In this document: in pieces, positions 51,084-63,860 of the stretch
Numbering within the stretch: position 1 is the first letter of the stretch
Layout: the number at the start of each line of letters is the position of its first letter
Origin: Camelus ferus
Taxonomy: Eukaryota
Direction of reading: 5' to 3'
Length of the DNA: 64,000 bases
Assembly (NCBI RefSeq): GCF_009834535.1
Contig: NC_045696.1
Coordinates: forward strand, 3,722,001-3,786,000
The notes under the pieces: model-generated
What the model was told of the DNA's origin: nothing
Seen by the model: the letters and a program-made list of their open reading frames with translations, nothing else
The model's database searches: none
Made by a program: the position numbers and the translations under genes

Positions 51084-54000
51084 TATGTATTTATGTTTTA
51101 AATAGCGCTTAGGCAGCAGTTTGCCATGTGGAGAAGGTGTTTCTACTCTGTTTTACAGACGAGGAAACCGACGCAGACGTTGGCTGAGTAGCTTGGCCCT
51201 GGCTGTGGGCTCGCAGCCGAGTCTGGGTCGGGCTCGGCCACCTGGGCTGAACGAGCCATCCTGGGGACTTTGCTGCTCTGGGGTCTCTTCAGTTACTCGC
51301 CACCTTTGCTGAGCACCTGCTTCTTGCCCAGGCCGTCGCAGGAGGCAGCACCAAATGCACGTGCAACCACGATGAAAACCGAAGACGTAACCTGCCTTCT
51401 CGGACCTACAAGGAAGAGCTACAGACAGAACAAAAGCACCGCTGGCTTCCTGGCGGTTCTGGAGCGTTCTCTGCAGAACGCCAGAGGAATGGCAGGACCC
51501 CAGGACCCCGCTGGGTGCAGGGGGCTGAGTCCAGGGGGGCAGACGCAGGCATTTCACCTTGGGCTCTCCCGGCTGACCCAGCTGGCCCGGAAATACTCCT
51601 ATGTATGTTTGATTCAAGGGCCTGTTTTTAAAATTTAAAGACCAATAGGAAATGGAATGAGGGAGCTTTGTGGAGCTGCGTCTTTGCTTCAGCATTCTGG
51701 CTGCTGTGTGAGAGAACAAAATAGGGCTGTCTGGTGGCCCCAAACCAGAGGCACAAGCTCCCGGCCAGGGAGCCGCCGCAGAGCTAGAACATGGAGCCCG
51801 TGCGGTGAGGACGTGGGGGCTTCTGACCTCTAGGCGGCTCCCCCCTCCCCACGTACTCATACCGGGTCACGGGACACCCAAAGGAAAGTGTAGACCCTCG
51901 GCTACAAAAAAGAGGGGGAAAAAAGCATCTCTTGTGCAAAGAGTGGGAATAACCTAAAAACCACCAAGGAAACAGCCCTGGAAACCCTCCCATCCAGCCC
52001 TTCTGTGAAGACAGCCGGTGGAGAGTCAGGCAGTCTCGGCGCTGTCCCCGCACCTTCCCAGGCCCGCTGCCGCCTTCCCGGGGGAGGGAGGGGCTCCTTC
52101 CGGCCTCTGTAGGTCCTGCTAGTCCAGCCAAGGTGAGCGGGCTACACCAGAATCTCCTACGGGGCCATGTAGGAGCCCCGGGACCCCTGTGGGGCAGGAG
52201 CCGCCCCCCCCAAACCCCTGCTGACCCAGAAGTCAGTCCCCATGGAAGATTCCGCCTTGGCAGACAGGACATTATCCCTCAAGTCTCCGAAGAGCCTGCC
52301 TCCCTTTCCAGGGACATTCCTACTGTGGGAAGAGGTAAATGGCCTCTGGCCTCTGGCACCTGGTGGCCGGGCCGTTACACAGCCCTCCTCTGGGCTCTGT
52401 CATTTGCATCCACCAGCAGAAGCTGCAGCGCTCAGAAGCATGGCACCACCTGCATGGCCTTCTATTGGCTGGCGTGAGTCACAGGTCCAGCCAGGTTCCA
52501 GGCACGTGGAACAGATTTGACCTGGGGATGAGGGGCTGCAGAGGGGCGCGGATTCAGGGGAACAATTGCAGCTGTTTTTCCAAACAATCCACCGCACAGG
52601 GATTGAGGCATTTAATCTCCACAGCAACCGCACTGGTCAGAGGGGAAGAGGAGGCATAGAGAGGTTAAGTTCCTTGTTCTGCCTGGGAACAGGCAGAGCT
52701 GGGACATAAGCCGGGTCTGGGCTCTGGTGCCCTACCCTCCAGGCCTGGGCTGTGTGCTGGGGACCCCAGCCCCTACCAGCCCTCACCTCCCAGTCACCTG
52801 GAGTCGCCCTCAGGCACCTGGACATGATGGGAAGCAGGAGCTGCTGGCCTCCTCTGCTGCCCCGGAGGTTCGTTCCCTCCTCCTCCCTTCTCTTCCTCTG
52901 CAGAGGAGGCCTGTGGCCCTCCCCCGGGACCTTATCACCCCGTGCTTGGGTGTGGGGTTACAGACAGGCTGCTCCCTCAGTGGCCTCCGTCAGAACCCGT
53001 CAGTGTGCACATTAGGCTCATAAGTAATTCAGGCTGGCTGTGCTCCAGGGAGGAAGCCAGCAGCAGTGCCTCCAGCCCAGGCGGGCGTGGGCAGGCACCA
53101 GCGTGAGTAACATGCAGACGGAGAGGCGGGGAGGCAGCAGTTCATGAAGTTGTGCCTGCCCTCCCGCGCCCCAGGTGGGCTGGGGGCCGCAGAAGCTGCG
53201 TGCCTGGGCCCCAGGCGTGCACCCCGTGGCTGTGGGCTGCTCACCCAGCACCCACCCTAACACTCTCCTGCCTTACCAGCCTCCACCCCGGGGGACGGAG
53301 CGCTAAACACTCACTGCGCCAGACTCCCTTTCGGCCCGAGGTAACTCAATATCACCCTTGCAGAGCCGAGGATGGCGGAGGTCACGGCCCCGACTAGGTG
53401 AACCCCAGGAACTTCTAGCAAGGACACATCTGCAGCCTCCTTGTCATGGGAGGAAGACACCCCCCACCCTGTTTATGGGTCACTCTGTTACTTGCGGCCC
53501 AGTGCATCCTACCTGACAGTGAGAGTAACTGGAAAGGACCCACTGTGTTTTCCCTTCTGCTCATCTGGGCCAAGCACTTGGCTGGTGTTCAATTTCCTTC
53601 TGTTGCCCTGGGCACCACCTCTGTGGTTTCCTGTCCGGTTGGTTCACTTCTTAGGCCTCCAGAATTAGCCACCTGGATGTAGGGCTGCCCTCCTCCCACT
53701 GACCACCGTCAGCTTTAAGGAAAATGGGAGAAGAGAAACAGGAAACACTGCTGGAAGCTCCCCGTCCCCGCACAGCACATGGGAAACCGTTCACATCACA
53801 CATGCGATGGCCCGCGGGGCAGTTCGGCTCCTGGTACTTGGCAGACTTCAATGTCCTTAAGCCTCTGGGGACAAGCTGTTAACCGCTGGGTGAATCCTTC
53901 TCATCCTCAAGCCCAGACTGCAATCTACTTCTTCCATTAGCAGGGACCAACTTGGCGGAGGAAACAGACTCTGCCACCCAGCATGTGCTGGCCCCGCCAG

Positions 54001-55768
54001 GTCCCCTCCCTGTCCCACAGGGGCGCAGGGTGCGGTGGGAAGGATGCAGACTGGGGGGAGCGTGGGGGGCTGGGGGCCAGGTAGGCACTGCGGGACTTTG
54101 GGCGCGTGTCCTGGCCTCCCTCACCTGCGTCCTCATCTCTAAAGCAGGTGCTTACCTGCTCTGGGTGTTGGGAGGGTTGCACGGCCGTACTCATGTGCAG
54201 AGTACAAAACACCACATGGTGTTCCTTTTGAGGGGCACAGCCCTGTCTCTGCTGCCTCCTGGGGCACTCACAATCCTTTCCTTGCATGACATTCATTTGC
54301 ACAATTTTTCCTTCTCTTCCAGTAGCAGGCAGTTACTTAAGAGCAGGTTTCTCGCACTCAGTCTGTGCCTGGAAGAGAGGCGCTCAGTCCAGGTTGACTT
54401 TACAGGCAACTGAACCTCCTTCCTCCCTCCCTCCCGTTGTTGAATTATTCATCACTTATGCAGACATACACTCATCCTTCGTGTTTATCAAACACCTTAC
54501 CTACACCCGGAAATCTATCTTTGATCCAGAACTCTCCCATCCAGACTCCCGCCCCAAGTGGCATTAGAAAGAGCTATGTCAGTTGTTGCCAAATCGCTTG
54601 AGAATCACCCGCAGAAACAATGAGGAGCCAGCTTTCCAGCCGCTAACATGACCTGCTTGTAATCCGCCCCCTTCCATCCCAGGCCCCCTCGTGGGTGTGA
54701 TGGCTCCTGCGCTCCCGAGCCTGGAGGACTCCAGGAATCTGTTTACATCCCGAGTCCCAGAACATGTGAACTGGGGCCCCTGCCGTCACATGGTCAGATG
54801 ACGTGACACTCAGAGCCCCTTGTGGAAGACTGTCAGACACAACCAGACCCCCTGCAGGACAGCACAGTCACTTTGAACTTCTTGTTTTGAGATCGACTGT
54901 GGTTTTGAAGGGTCTGCATGCCCGTGACAGCCTTCTTCAAGGCTGGGGCCCCAGTCCTCAGGGGCTGGTGACTAGGCGCAGCCCCAGAGCTTCCCCCACC
55001 CCAGACGGGGTCCTGCCCTCCCCTCCAGGGAGCTTGTGCCCGGCCAGCACCCCGGGCTTGTGTCCCTTCAGCCTCATTGCTTTTCCAATGACGTTTGCTC
55101 CTTGGGGCACGTTTAATGCCCAGAGTTGAAATAGTGAGTTAATTACACTAAATTATAAAATGGCCCTTAAACGGCCTGCCTTTAGCTGGTGAGCCAGGGG
55201 GTGAATGGATGTTTTCCGCAGAGGCTCAATTGGGAGAGAGTGGAGAATGGGGAGGGGGTGATATTTTAATTGGATTTAATAAGTGAGTGGCTAGTCCTCC
55301 CCCCAGAAAGAGTGACCTTTTGGGTCTACTTTGATATGTTGATTGGATCTTGCTGTAAGAATAATTATTGTTTACTGAGTTATTACTGTCTACTAGATTT
55401 TAAAAAAATCTAATTATTCAACCTTTTAAATCCCTATTTAAGTTGTGGATTATCTCCATTTACAGAAGGTAAAGGGGACCTCAGTTGTCTGTCACCGAAA
55501 GATGAGAATTGTCATTTCCCTCTGGACAGCATCCTATCCCCAACCTCAGCTCTGGGTTTTGGGAAGTGTCACCTCCACCCCCACTGAGAGGTGGCCCCTG
55601 CCTCCTGGAGGTTGAGTCAGGGCCCGAAGGGCAAGCCAGCAGTCCAGGCCTGGGAGGCCTGTGGGCAAACCACTTATAATAAGCCTTGTGTTATTCCTAA
55701 AGTGAAGGGCTAGAAATTGTTGATCATCACGTGATTTTTTCCCCATCTGGCAAATAAAGACCAAACAT

Positions 55769-55857
55769 ATACATATCTAGCTGAATCACTATGCTGCACA
55801 CCAGAAACTAACGCAACATTGTAAATCAGCCATACTTCAATTAAGAAAAAAAAAAAA
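55769..55857 (+). mobile_element. Extremely 5'-truncated L1 (~90 bp) with 13-bp TSD
   Basis: TSD aaagaccaaacat at 55756-55768 and 55858-55870; poly-A tail. Confidence 0.88.
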
Positions 55858-56819
55858 AAAGACCAAACATCTCTTTATGCAGGCCTACAAGACTCTCCAC
55901 AATCTGAGCCTCTATTTCCAGACTTCCCTCGTTGCAATCTGTACTTGGGCCAAGATGCCCTGAAGGAAACTGGATTTTCTTCCTTTAGGCCTTTGTTTCG
56001 CCTCAGTTACCTTGGGAGCTTTCAACACCCACCTTCATTCTTAACTCTACTGGGTGAAGCACAACCAGCTCAGTCTGTAAGGCCACCTCCTCCAGGAAGC
56101 CTTCCGTGAGGCTCTGAGCCCTGCAGTCAGTTTCCGTGGTTCTCGGTGCTCACGTCCCCTCCTCCTCAAGTGTGTGCTGGGGTGGGGGTGGGGTGGGGGC
56201 CGCGGCTGTTACTGATCCATCTGGCCACTGGCCTTAGGCCTTTGGATGTAGATTTGAATAAATAAGTTTAAATGATGCCGATTGGATGAATATATGTCCA
56301 ACATCTCAGAGGAGCTGGAAGGATGATAAGAAGAACTTTAGTCATTTACAACAAAGTTGGAAGAAGACCCCCGAAGATCCGCGTAGACGCTGGATTTGTT
56401 AATTGCCCAAAGAGGTGGCGTGTCAATAAGAAAACCCAGCCAGAAGTAGCTTTAAAGGGAAAAGGTGTTGTTTACACAAGCAGGAAAAACCGTGTCTCAC
56501 GGAGCTCTGCCCGCGGCAGGGCGGTCACTTCGCAGCCCAGCCGTGTGCACGAGGACCAGGGTCTCCCCGGCTCAGCCCCACCATCCCTGCCGGTGGTCTG
56601 GCGCTTTTAATGGGGTCCCCTCTCCCAATGGCAAGACAGCTGCCACCTTTCTCAGCATCAGATGCAGACGATCATATTCAGAGTGGAAAGGGAAGTCTCC
56701 CTCACATGTTCCTTTTCATGAGAAAAATATTCTCCCAGAAGACGCTGGTAGGTCTCTCTGTATGTCTCATGGGCCAGAACTGATCACCTGCCCATGCCTG
56801 TTTGTTCATCTATTTATTT

Positions 56820-58260
56820 GTGTTTTTAGATAGACTTTACTTTTTAGAGCAGTTTTAGGTTCACAGCAAAATTAAAGGGGAGGTACAGAGATTTCCTGTG
56901 CCCCCTCTGCCCCCACCGGTGCACAGCCTCCCCCGTTACCCACATCCCAACCAGCGGGGTACGTTCATCACAATCCATGAACCTGCATGGAATGTCACCA
57001 TCACCCAGAGTCCACGGTGCATGTTAGGGTCACTTCCTGTGCTGCGCGTTCTGTGGGTTTGGACAAATGTGTAATGACCTCCATCCACCATTACGGTCCG
57101 GTACAGAGTAACCCACTGCCCTAAAAATCTTTTATGCACCCCCTACTCAACCCTTCTTTAGTTTTTTTTTTTTTAAGAAATTTCAAATCTATTCAAAAGT
57201 AGAGGGAATAGTAACTTCAACATGCGAAGCCCTGTTTTCCAGTTTCAACGATTATCAAGATTCTGCCACATTGAATAAAGCCGTCTTTTTTCTTTATTCT
57301 TTTCTCCAATGGAGTATTTTAAAGCAAATCCCAGACATCATGTCATTTCACCCCCTACATAATTCAGTGTTCTGTTCACAGCAACGCAAAATATCATGAA
57401 CGTTTCCTTACACAACCGCAAAGCCATTACTGTTCCCAAGTCTGAGCTCATCTGCTTCCTGCCCGACAGGACAGTAAATCAAGAGACGAGCTGTTGGGGC
57501 AAGGAATAGTGGCTTTATTCAGACAGCCAGCAGAGCGAGAAGATTGTGGACTAGTGTCCCAAAGAACCATCTTCCCAAGTTAAAGTTCAAGCTTCTTTTA
57601 TGCTCAAAGGGAAGGGGGCAAAGTCCTGCTTCCAGCCAGACTCCAGAGGGGATGCGCCAATTTCTTCTTTTCTGCGGCCCTTCACAGGTGGGTGTGGTCA
57701 GGACATTTCCTGTGAGCTAGACAGAGGTGTCACAGCTGAAGGCTCATTGCCTGGGAGACAGGGTTCAGTCTAAGCTTAGAAGCAACATCCCTTTAGTGAT
57801 TAACTTGCAGTAGAATACAAAGTTGCTTCCTTCTTACATTTCCACCTCTAACAAAATTAACACTAATTCCTGGGTGTTATCTAAAAATTGGTCCATATTC
57901 AAATTTCCCCACTTGTTTTTAAAGTACCCTTTTCCAGTTTGTTGGAATTCTAGGTTGAAAGATCTCTTAGGTCTCTTAATCTAGAGAGACTCTCCCAATC
58001 ACTTAAAAACAAAAACAAAAACAAAAACAGGTGGATTGACCTGTAGAGTGTCCTGTGTTCGGGAATTACCTGTTTCCTTCCTTCTTGTGTCATTTAACTT
58101 CTTCCTTTTGCCTTCATGTTTCCTGTAAACGGAAGTTGGTTCTATAAACTTAACTGAACTCAGGCTCAAGTTTCTGGCAGTATTTCACAGATGCTGGTGT
58201 CACATGAAAAGCACACAACGTCTTGTCCCAGTTTTGCTGAAGTTAAGCCGGATCACTGGA
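56820..58260 (-). mobile_element. Old L1 3' ends (56820-57150 and L1MC-like 57160-58260, the latter split by an LTR)
   Basis: tttttagagcagttttaggttcacagcaaaatt; ttttaaagcaaatcccagacatcatgtcatttca; acaaaattaacactaattcc. Confidence 0.7.
57431..57838 (-). mobile_element. ERV1-class solo LTR related to 30148-30633
   Basis: TG...CA termini; 4-bp TSD ttac/tttc; minus-strand AATAAA. Confidence 0.82.
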
Positions 58261-58702
58261 TTCAGGAAGTGGCAGCCTGATCCTTCCACGGTCACATCAG
58301 ACTCAGAGCCAGTCGTCATAAAATTTATTGTCCAAATCAGGACATTTTTTTCAAGAATAAAAGACTTTTTATTTTTGAAAAATTGTACATTTGAAATTGT
58401 GTATTTCAAACAATTGAAATTGTATATTTCTAAGCACTTATGCATAGACAGGAGGAATTAATTTTATATTTGTTTATCTACAAAATAATTGCATTCAAAT
58501 TGATCTGTACAATCAATGCATTCCCCATCAAAATGTCAGTGGGCTTATTTATTTTTTTTGTAGAAATTGACAGGCCAAATCTAAAATTCATATGAAAATG
58601 CAAAGGGCTTAGAACAGTCAGAACGGCTCTGAAGCAGAAGAAGGGCTGGAGGCTTTGCACTGCCTGGCCTCAAGGTGTATTATAAAGCAACAGTTATCAA
58701 GG

Positions 58703-59321
58703 TGTTGCCGAAATATCACCCCCGTCCCTGACCAGCCAAATAACCCAGAGACAAGGTCTTGGAGCTTAGAATAAAAGAGGCAGCTTTATTACCTTGCCGG
58801 GCGAAGTGGACTCACAGCAGGCTCGTGCCTTCAGAACTGTGAGCCCGTCTCAGGGCTGGGGCTTAGTGATGACATAGTGAACAAGCTGGGGAGAGAAGGG
58901 GGACAGCAGTCAACAGGGGTCTCTGGTGAAGCTTCCTCCAGAGTCTTGGCGAGTCTGTCCCGCATCACGGGACCATCCGGTGGTCTGGAGGGCCATCCGC
59001 CCGCGACCTTCTTCATCTGATCAGACTCATTATGCGCCAGGAGGGACTTTGGAGGGTCTGGTCACTCTCCTGAGGCTGTCGTCCGGTGACCCCCTTCCTA
59101 GGGGAATGCCTCAGAATCCAAACATGATTGTAAATGTCAATTGCCAGAGTGAGGTAAACAAACAGGAAAATTAATAACTCCAGCTCTAATTGTAGCAGTG
59201 GGCCTGGGGCTGGGGGCAGGGTCCGGTCAGTCAGAGTTGCCGACCGTTTTAAACGCAAACGGCAAGGATAAGGCCAGGAATTAGTTAGCCTGAGCGCGGC
59301 CGTTTTATTATTTCTCTTTCA
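58703..59321 (-). mobile_element. ERV1/gammaretrovirus-like solo LTR, 619 bp
   Basis: Minus strand starts TGAAAG and ends AACA; 4-bp TSD aagg/gagg; minus-strand AATAAA at 58785-58790; L1 ORF2 sequence is continuous across it. Confidence 0.82.
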
Positions 59322-59746
59322 GAGGCAGCAAGGGGTTGGCACTGAGATGGACAACAGAGTGACGCAATCTAGAAACAGGGCAACACTCTCATGGTTCCAC
59401 TTCAAGACCACAGCTTGAACTGCATACAGATTCAACTCAACGTGGATCATATATCTAAATGGAAAACCTAATGCTGTTAAAAAGTTAGGAGATGACTGAG
59501 GAAGCTTAGGGACTTTGCGTCAGGCAGGGATGTCTTAGCTACAGCTTCAAAAGCACAGCTTGTACAAGAAAAAGATGGACAAATTGGACCTCATCAAAAT
59601 CCACAACTTCTGCTGTTTGAAAGACACAGTGAAGTGAATGAAAAGCCACAGACTGGAGAAAACACTCGCAAGTGGCGTGTCTGGTAAAGGACTTGTATCC
59701 AGTGCATACAAAGGGCTACCAGACGCAAGGGTAAGACAGCAAAGGT

Positions 59747-59855
59747 GGGGGGAGGGTAGAAGTCAGCGTGTGCTTAGCACGCACGAGGCCCTGGCTTCTG
59801 TCCCCAGTGCCTCCACTAAGATAAATAAAGGAACCTAATTTGTCCTCTCCAAAAG
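59747..59855 (+). mobile_element. vic-1-type SINE, degenerate A box
   Basis: ggggggagggtag...gtgcttagcacgcacgaggccctgg...tccccagtgcctcc...aacctaatt. Confidence 0.8.
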
Positions 59856-60930
59856 ATGAGAAGAGCCCAATTTTTTTAAAAAAGAGCAAATTACTTGCAT
59901 ATGTACTTCATCAGAGACATACAAATGGCAAATAAGTACATGAAAGCTATTCGACAGCATTAGTCATTAAGGAAATGCACATGAAGACCGCGGTGGACTC
60001 TCACCGATGAGAACGGCTGTAATTAGAGAGACGGCCGAGCCGGGGTTGGCGGATGCTCAGCAGCCGGAACCCTCGTGCACTGCTGTTAGGAGTGCAGGAT
60101 GGTACAGCCCCTTTGGAAAACTGTTTGACGGTTTCTTAAAAAGTTAGGCGTATACCTAACTTATGACTCAGTCATTCCACTCCTAGGTACTTACCAATGG
60201 AAATGAAAGCTCGTGTCGGCGGGAAAACTTTTGCACAAATGTTCATAGCAGCTTTGCCTGTAAAGCCAAACAAGGAAACAAGCCAAGTGTCCGTCAACAG
60301 GCGCGGTGATAAAGCAGCTGTGTCTGCATTCAGTAGGAGGCCGGGGTGCTCACGCTCTCGATTGAAGTGGTGGCTTCACTGGGGTGTACATGTGTCAAGG
60401 TAATCGTATTGTGCACGTTACATTATGTAGAGTGTATTACATGGCAATTATACCTCAAAAAAGTTGTTTAAAAAATTAAAAATGCTTTCAAGATCAGCGG
60501 TCAGGAGGGGCAGGACTCAGGGGAGCGGGGCCCCGGGAAACTATAGAGTGATAGAAATGTTCTCAGTCTCACAGTAGCACCGAGTGACAGCTACATGGCT
60601 GTGAACAATTGCCAAATTCACCAGACTGCACACTTAAAGTGGGTGGATTTTATTGGATGTAAATTATAACTCAATAAAGCTGGGGAAAATAACACTCAAA
60701 ACAGCTTATAACGAAATGGGGAAAATATAATGGCGTTATGTTACTTTCATTTCTAATAAAGTGAAAATTGTATTTACAGAGAAAAAGCCAAATTCTTTCA
60801 AAAAATAAAGATAACATTTGCTACATTAAAGCAAAAAAAAAAAAAACAAAACAGGTTCCTTCTTTGCATTGATTGTCTGGATATTAAAAAGCAACTGAGT
60901 AACTGTTCTTGGTAAAAGTTCACATTTCTT

Positions 60931-61079
60931 GGTAGGAAGGTTACAGCTCAGTGGTGGAGCGCAGGCTGAGCACGCGTGAGGTCGTGGGTTTGATCCCCAG
61001 TACGTACCTCTGTTAAATAAAATAATAATAATAAATAAATACATCTGGTTACCTCCCCCACCAAAAAAAAATTTTTTTT
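60931..61079 (+). mobile_element. vic-1-type SINE with TSD
   Basis: A and B box remnants; TSD aagttcacatttctt (60916-60930) vs aagttcacactcctc (61080-61094). Confidence 0.85.
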
Positions 61080-61566
61080 AAGTTCACACTCCTCAATCTG
61101 TTTTTTAATCTTATGTGATTTGATGCCATGTTAGTGGTATTTTCCAGAAGGATGTATGATGTTCACAGTTGCCTTATTGCTTTCAATTTTTCACAGAATT
61201 GCCTGGCGTGTTTTTCCAGAAGACATTATGTTGATAAATCTGAACTTGCTGGTGAGTTAAACGGTGTCTTCTCTGTAAACCCTGACGCTACTGGATAAAT
61301 GAACAGCCTGTGTGGGTACCACCTGGCCCCGTTCTGCTCAGAGAGGGACACGGCAATGTTTTTGTAATGAAGGTGTTGATATTTAGCTCAGGTATTTTCA
61401 CAGGTTCTGTGTTTTGGCTTCCATCCGGAGAATCTTCCTTTCATAAATATTTTTATAAGGCAAAATATGTCAAATAGGCATTTTTTTATGTATGATTCTT
61501 ATGAATGCTTTGTCAAAATTATATGCTGAAAACGGTAGGCCTTCTCAGTTTTATTCCATTCCGATA

Positions 61567-61688
61567 ATGCAGACACGCGTATACATGCAGGCACGTGCAT
61601 GCACGCAGACACGTGCGTACAGGCAGGCGTGTGTGTACACGCAGACATGTGTATATATGCAGGCACGTGTATACATGCAGATATATGC
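61567..61688. repeat. Degenerate 18-bp tandem repeat, about 6.7 units
   Basis: atgcagacacgcgtatac / atgcaggcacgtgcatgc / acgcagacacgtgcgtac / aggcaggcgtgtgtgtac / acgcagacatgtgtatat / atgcaggcacgtgtatac / atgcagatatatgc. Confidence 0.85.
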
Positions 61689-62344
61689 CTGTCTATATGT
61701 GTACCTCTCCAATTAAAATAAGAGCACAGTCAAAAATCCGCCCCGTAAACAAAGATATTCCAAGGCACCATTTTGTAATCCCAAAGTCCTTCTCATACAC
61801 CACTTGGGCAGGCATCATGCAGTTTGTTCAGTCTTTCTCTTTCATCTGAAGCGATACATTAAGTCTTTCTGTTTTCCATCTTGTTTTCAATAATGACAAT
61901 GATTCGCCAAAAGCTTCAAAAGAAGTTTTTGGGAATCCGTTTGTTGAACAGTTTGATTAAAGATTCTGACCAAAATGCAACCCAAATCCAGAGGATCCAG
62001 TTGCTCACACAGGAATCTAGTAACACTGTAAGTCATGTAGATTGATGTGCAAATGACTTTTTCACAGCTTACGCATTTCTAAAAACTGACCAGATATGGA
62101 CCTCGAAGGGAGAAAGAACATGCTGCCCTGACGAAGTCTTTCCTGTTTGTGATCGTATCAGCTTCATCACAGAAATTGTGTAGTTCAGTTTCTCTAACTC
62201 TGCATATAGAAAGGGGTTTGTAAGTTTTGATATATGCAGCTTTTATTTCAATTAGTGGTATACTGCAGCTTAAGAGTCATTTATGAATTAAGTGTTCACC
62301 ACAAAAATTCCAACTATATTTCTGCTTCATACTTTCTTTTAAAA

Positions 62345-62710
62345 AAATCATTAATTAAGTTTATAGAGGTCTCATTGACATACAAAACTCATTAATATCT
62401 GTCACCATACATTGTTATGGTTTTTTTTCTTGTGATGAGAATTCTAAGATCTACTCTTTTAGCAACTTTCAACCCCCCCCACTTCTGACAGCCACCAACA
62501 CATTCTCCATATTTATGTGCTTGTTTTTTGTTTGTTTATTTATTTATATATTTACTTATTTTGGGTTCCACATGTAAGTGAGATCATATGGTGTCTGTCT
62601 TGCTGTCTGACTTATTTCACTTAGCATAATGCCCTCCAGGTCCATCCATGTTGTTGTAAATGGCGACATTTCACTCTTCTTCGTGGCTGAGTAATATTCC
62701 GTTGTCTGTT

Positions 62711-62750
<40 letters not shown>

Positions 62751-63060
62751 CACATTTCCTTATCCATTCATCCATCAGTGGACACTTAGGTTGTTTCCAT
62801 ATCTTAGGTATTGTAAACAATGCTGGGATGATCAAGAGGGTACACAAATCTTTTCAAGTTTGTGTTTTCTTTTCTTTGTTTAATACCAGACATGGGATTT
62901 CTGGATCATATGACAGTTCTATTTTTAATTTTTCTGAGGAATCTCCACACTGTTTTCCGTAGTGGCTGCCCCAATTTACATCCCTGCAAACAGTGCACAG
63001 GGGCTCTCTTTTCTCCACATCTTCACTAACACTTGTTATTTCTTGTCTTTATAATAGCCA
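62345..63060 (-). mobile_element. L1MA-like 3' end containing (TATC)9 at 62714-62749
   Basis: ttccacatgtaagtgagatcatatgg...ttcacttagcataatgccctccaggtccatccatgttg; splits the transposase fossil. Confidence 0.85.
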
Positions 63061-63575
63061 AGCTCCATACTTTCTTAATTTAATAATAACACATTTTTAC
63101 CATGACGCTGTGTGACCTCAGCATGTGTATTTGTTTTATCTCAATGAAAACAAGTAGTGACATCATTAATATTGACTATTTAGTTGAGTCTGCATTTATA
63201 TCTTGCATTTTCAAAAACACCACGGGACCCATCTTCAACAGAATAAATGTTCGAAGCTTTACTTGTATTTAATGATTTGAATAAGAATTAAGCAATTTTT
63301 AAAATTAGCTTAATTGGCTTTTCTATTTGAAACACCTGATAACACAGGTGGCAAACTGGCGTCAGTTCACGGTTGGTGAAACTCTCCTGCTGGTGGAGCC
63401 GACACGGTAACAGCTATCACTTCATCTTTAAGAGCACAAGCAAACTTGAAGTTGAAATGAGCACAGTTAATTAGAATGGCCATTTGCTCTAAATGAAGTC
63501 ACACCTCACAGAGTGAAAGCCACACTCCACTGACTGTGATCAGCCTTTGTCTTTGCTGGTCTCCAAAGAATGATG

Positions 63576-63860
63576 CTCACAGACGTAGTAAACAATCTTA
63601 TGGTTATCAGAGGGCAAGGGGGCGGGAAGGGATAAACTGGGAGTTTGCGATTTGTAAATATTAACTACTACATATAAAAATAGATAAACAAGTTTCTGTG
63701 TGTGCTGTATGTAGAGCACAGGCAACTATACTCAACATCTTGTAGTGACCTTCGACGAAAAGAATGTGAAAACACATGTGTGCACGTACATGCACGGCTG
63801 AAGCGTTGTGCTGCACACCAGAAACTGGCACATTGTGACTGACTGTGCTTCACAAAAACA
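63576..63860 (+). mobile_element. Camelid L1 3' end
   Basis: ctcacagacgtagtaaacaatcttatggtta...gggataaactgggagtttg...tgctgcacaccagaaactg followed by an A-rich tail. Confidence 0.85.

Larger units (their letters stand above)
58480..60685 (+). mobile_element. Old L1M: decayed ORF2 3' part and 3' end(s), interrupted by an LTR and a SINE
   Basis: aatgcattccccatcaaaat...ctaaaattcatatgaaaatgcaaagg; gcattagtcattaaggaaatgca; ggtacagcccctttggaaaac. Confidence 0.8.

Noticed and set aside
56178..56198. G-quadruplex-capable run ggggtgggggtggggtggggg
   Set aside because: The motif is real but common in this GC-rich region and has no functional context.
30148..57838. Two same-orientation LTRs as ends of one provirus
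   Set aside because: They are 27 kb apart with different lengths and U3 regions, I recognised no gag/pol/env between them, and the second has its own TSD.
14453..58300. A second host protein-coding gene downstream of RIPK4
   Set aside because: I found no ORF or exon chain with recognisable protein similarity. Non-coding transcripts cannot be excluded from sequence alone.
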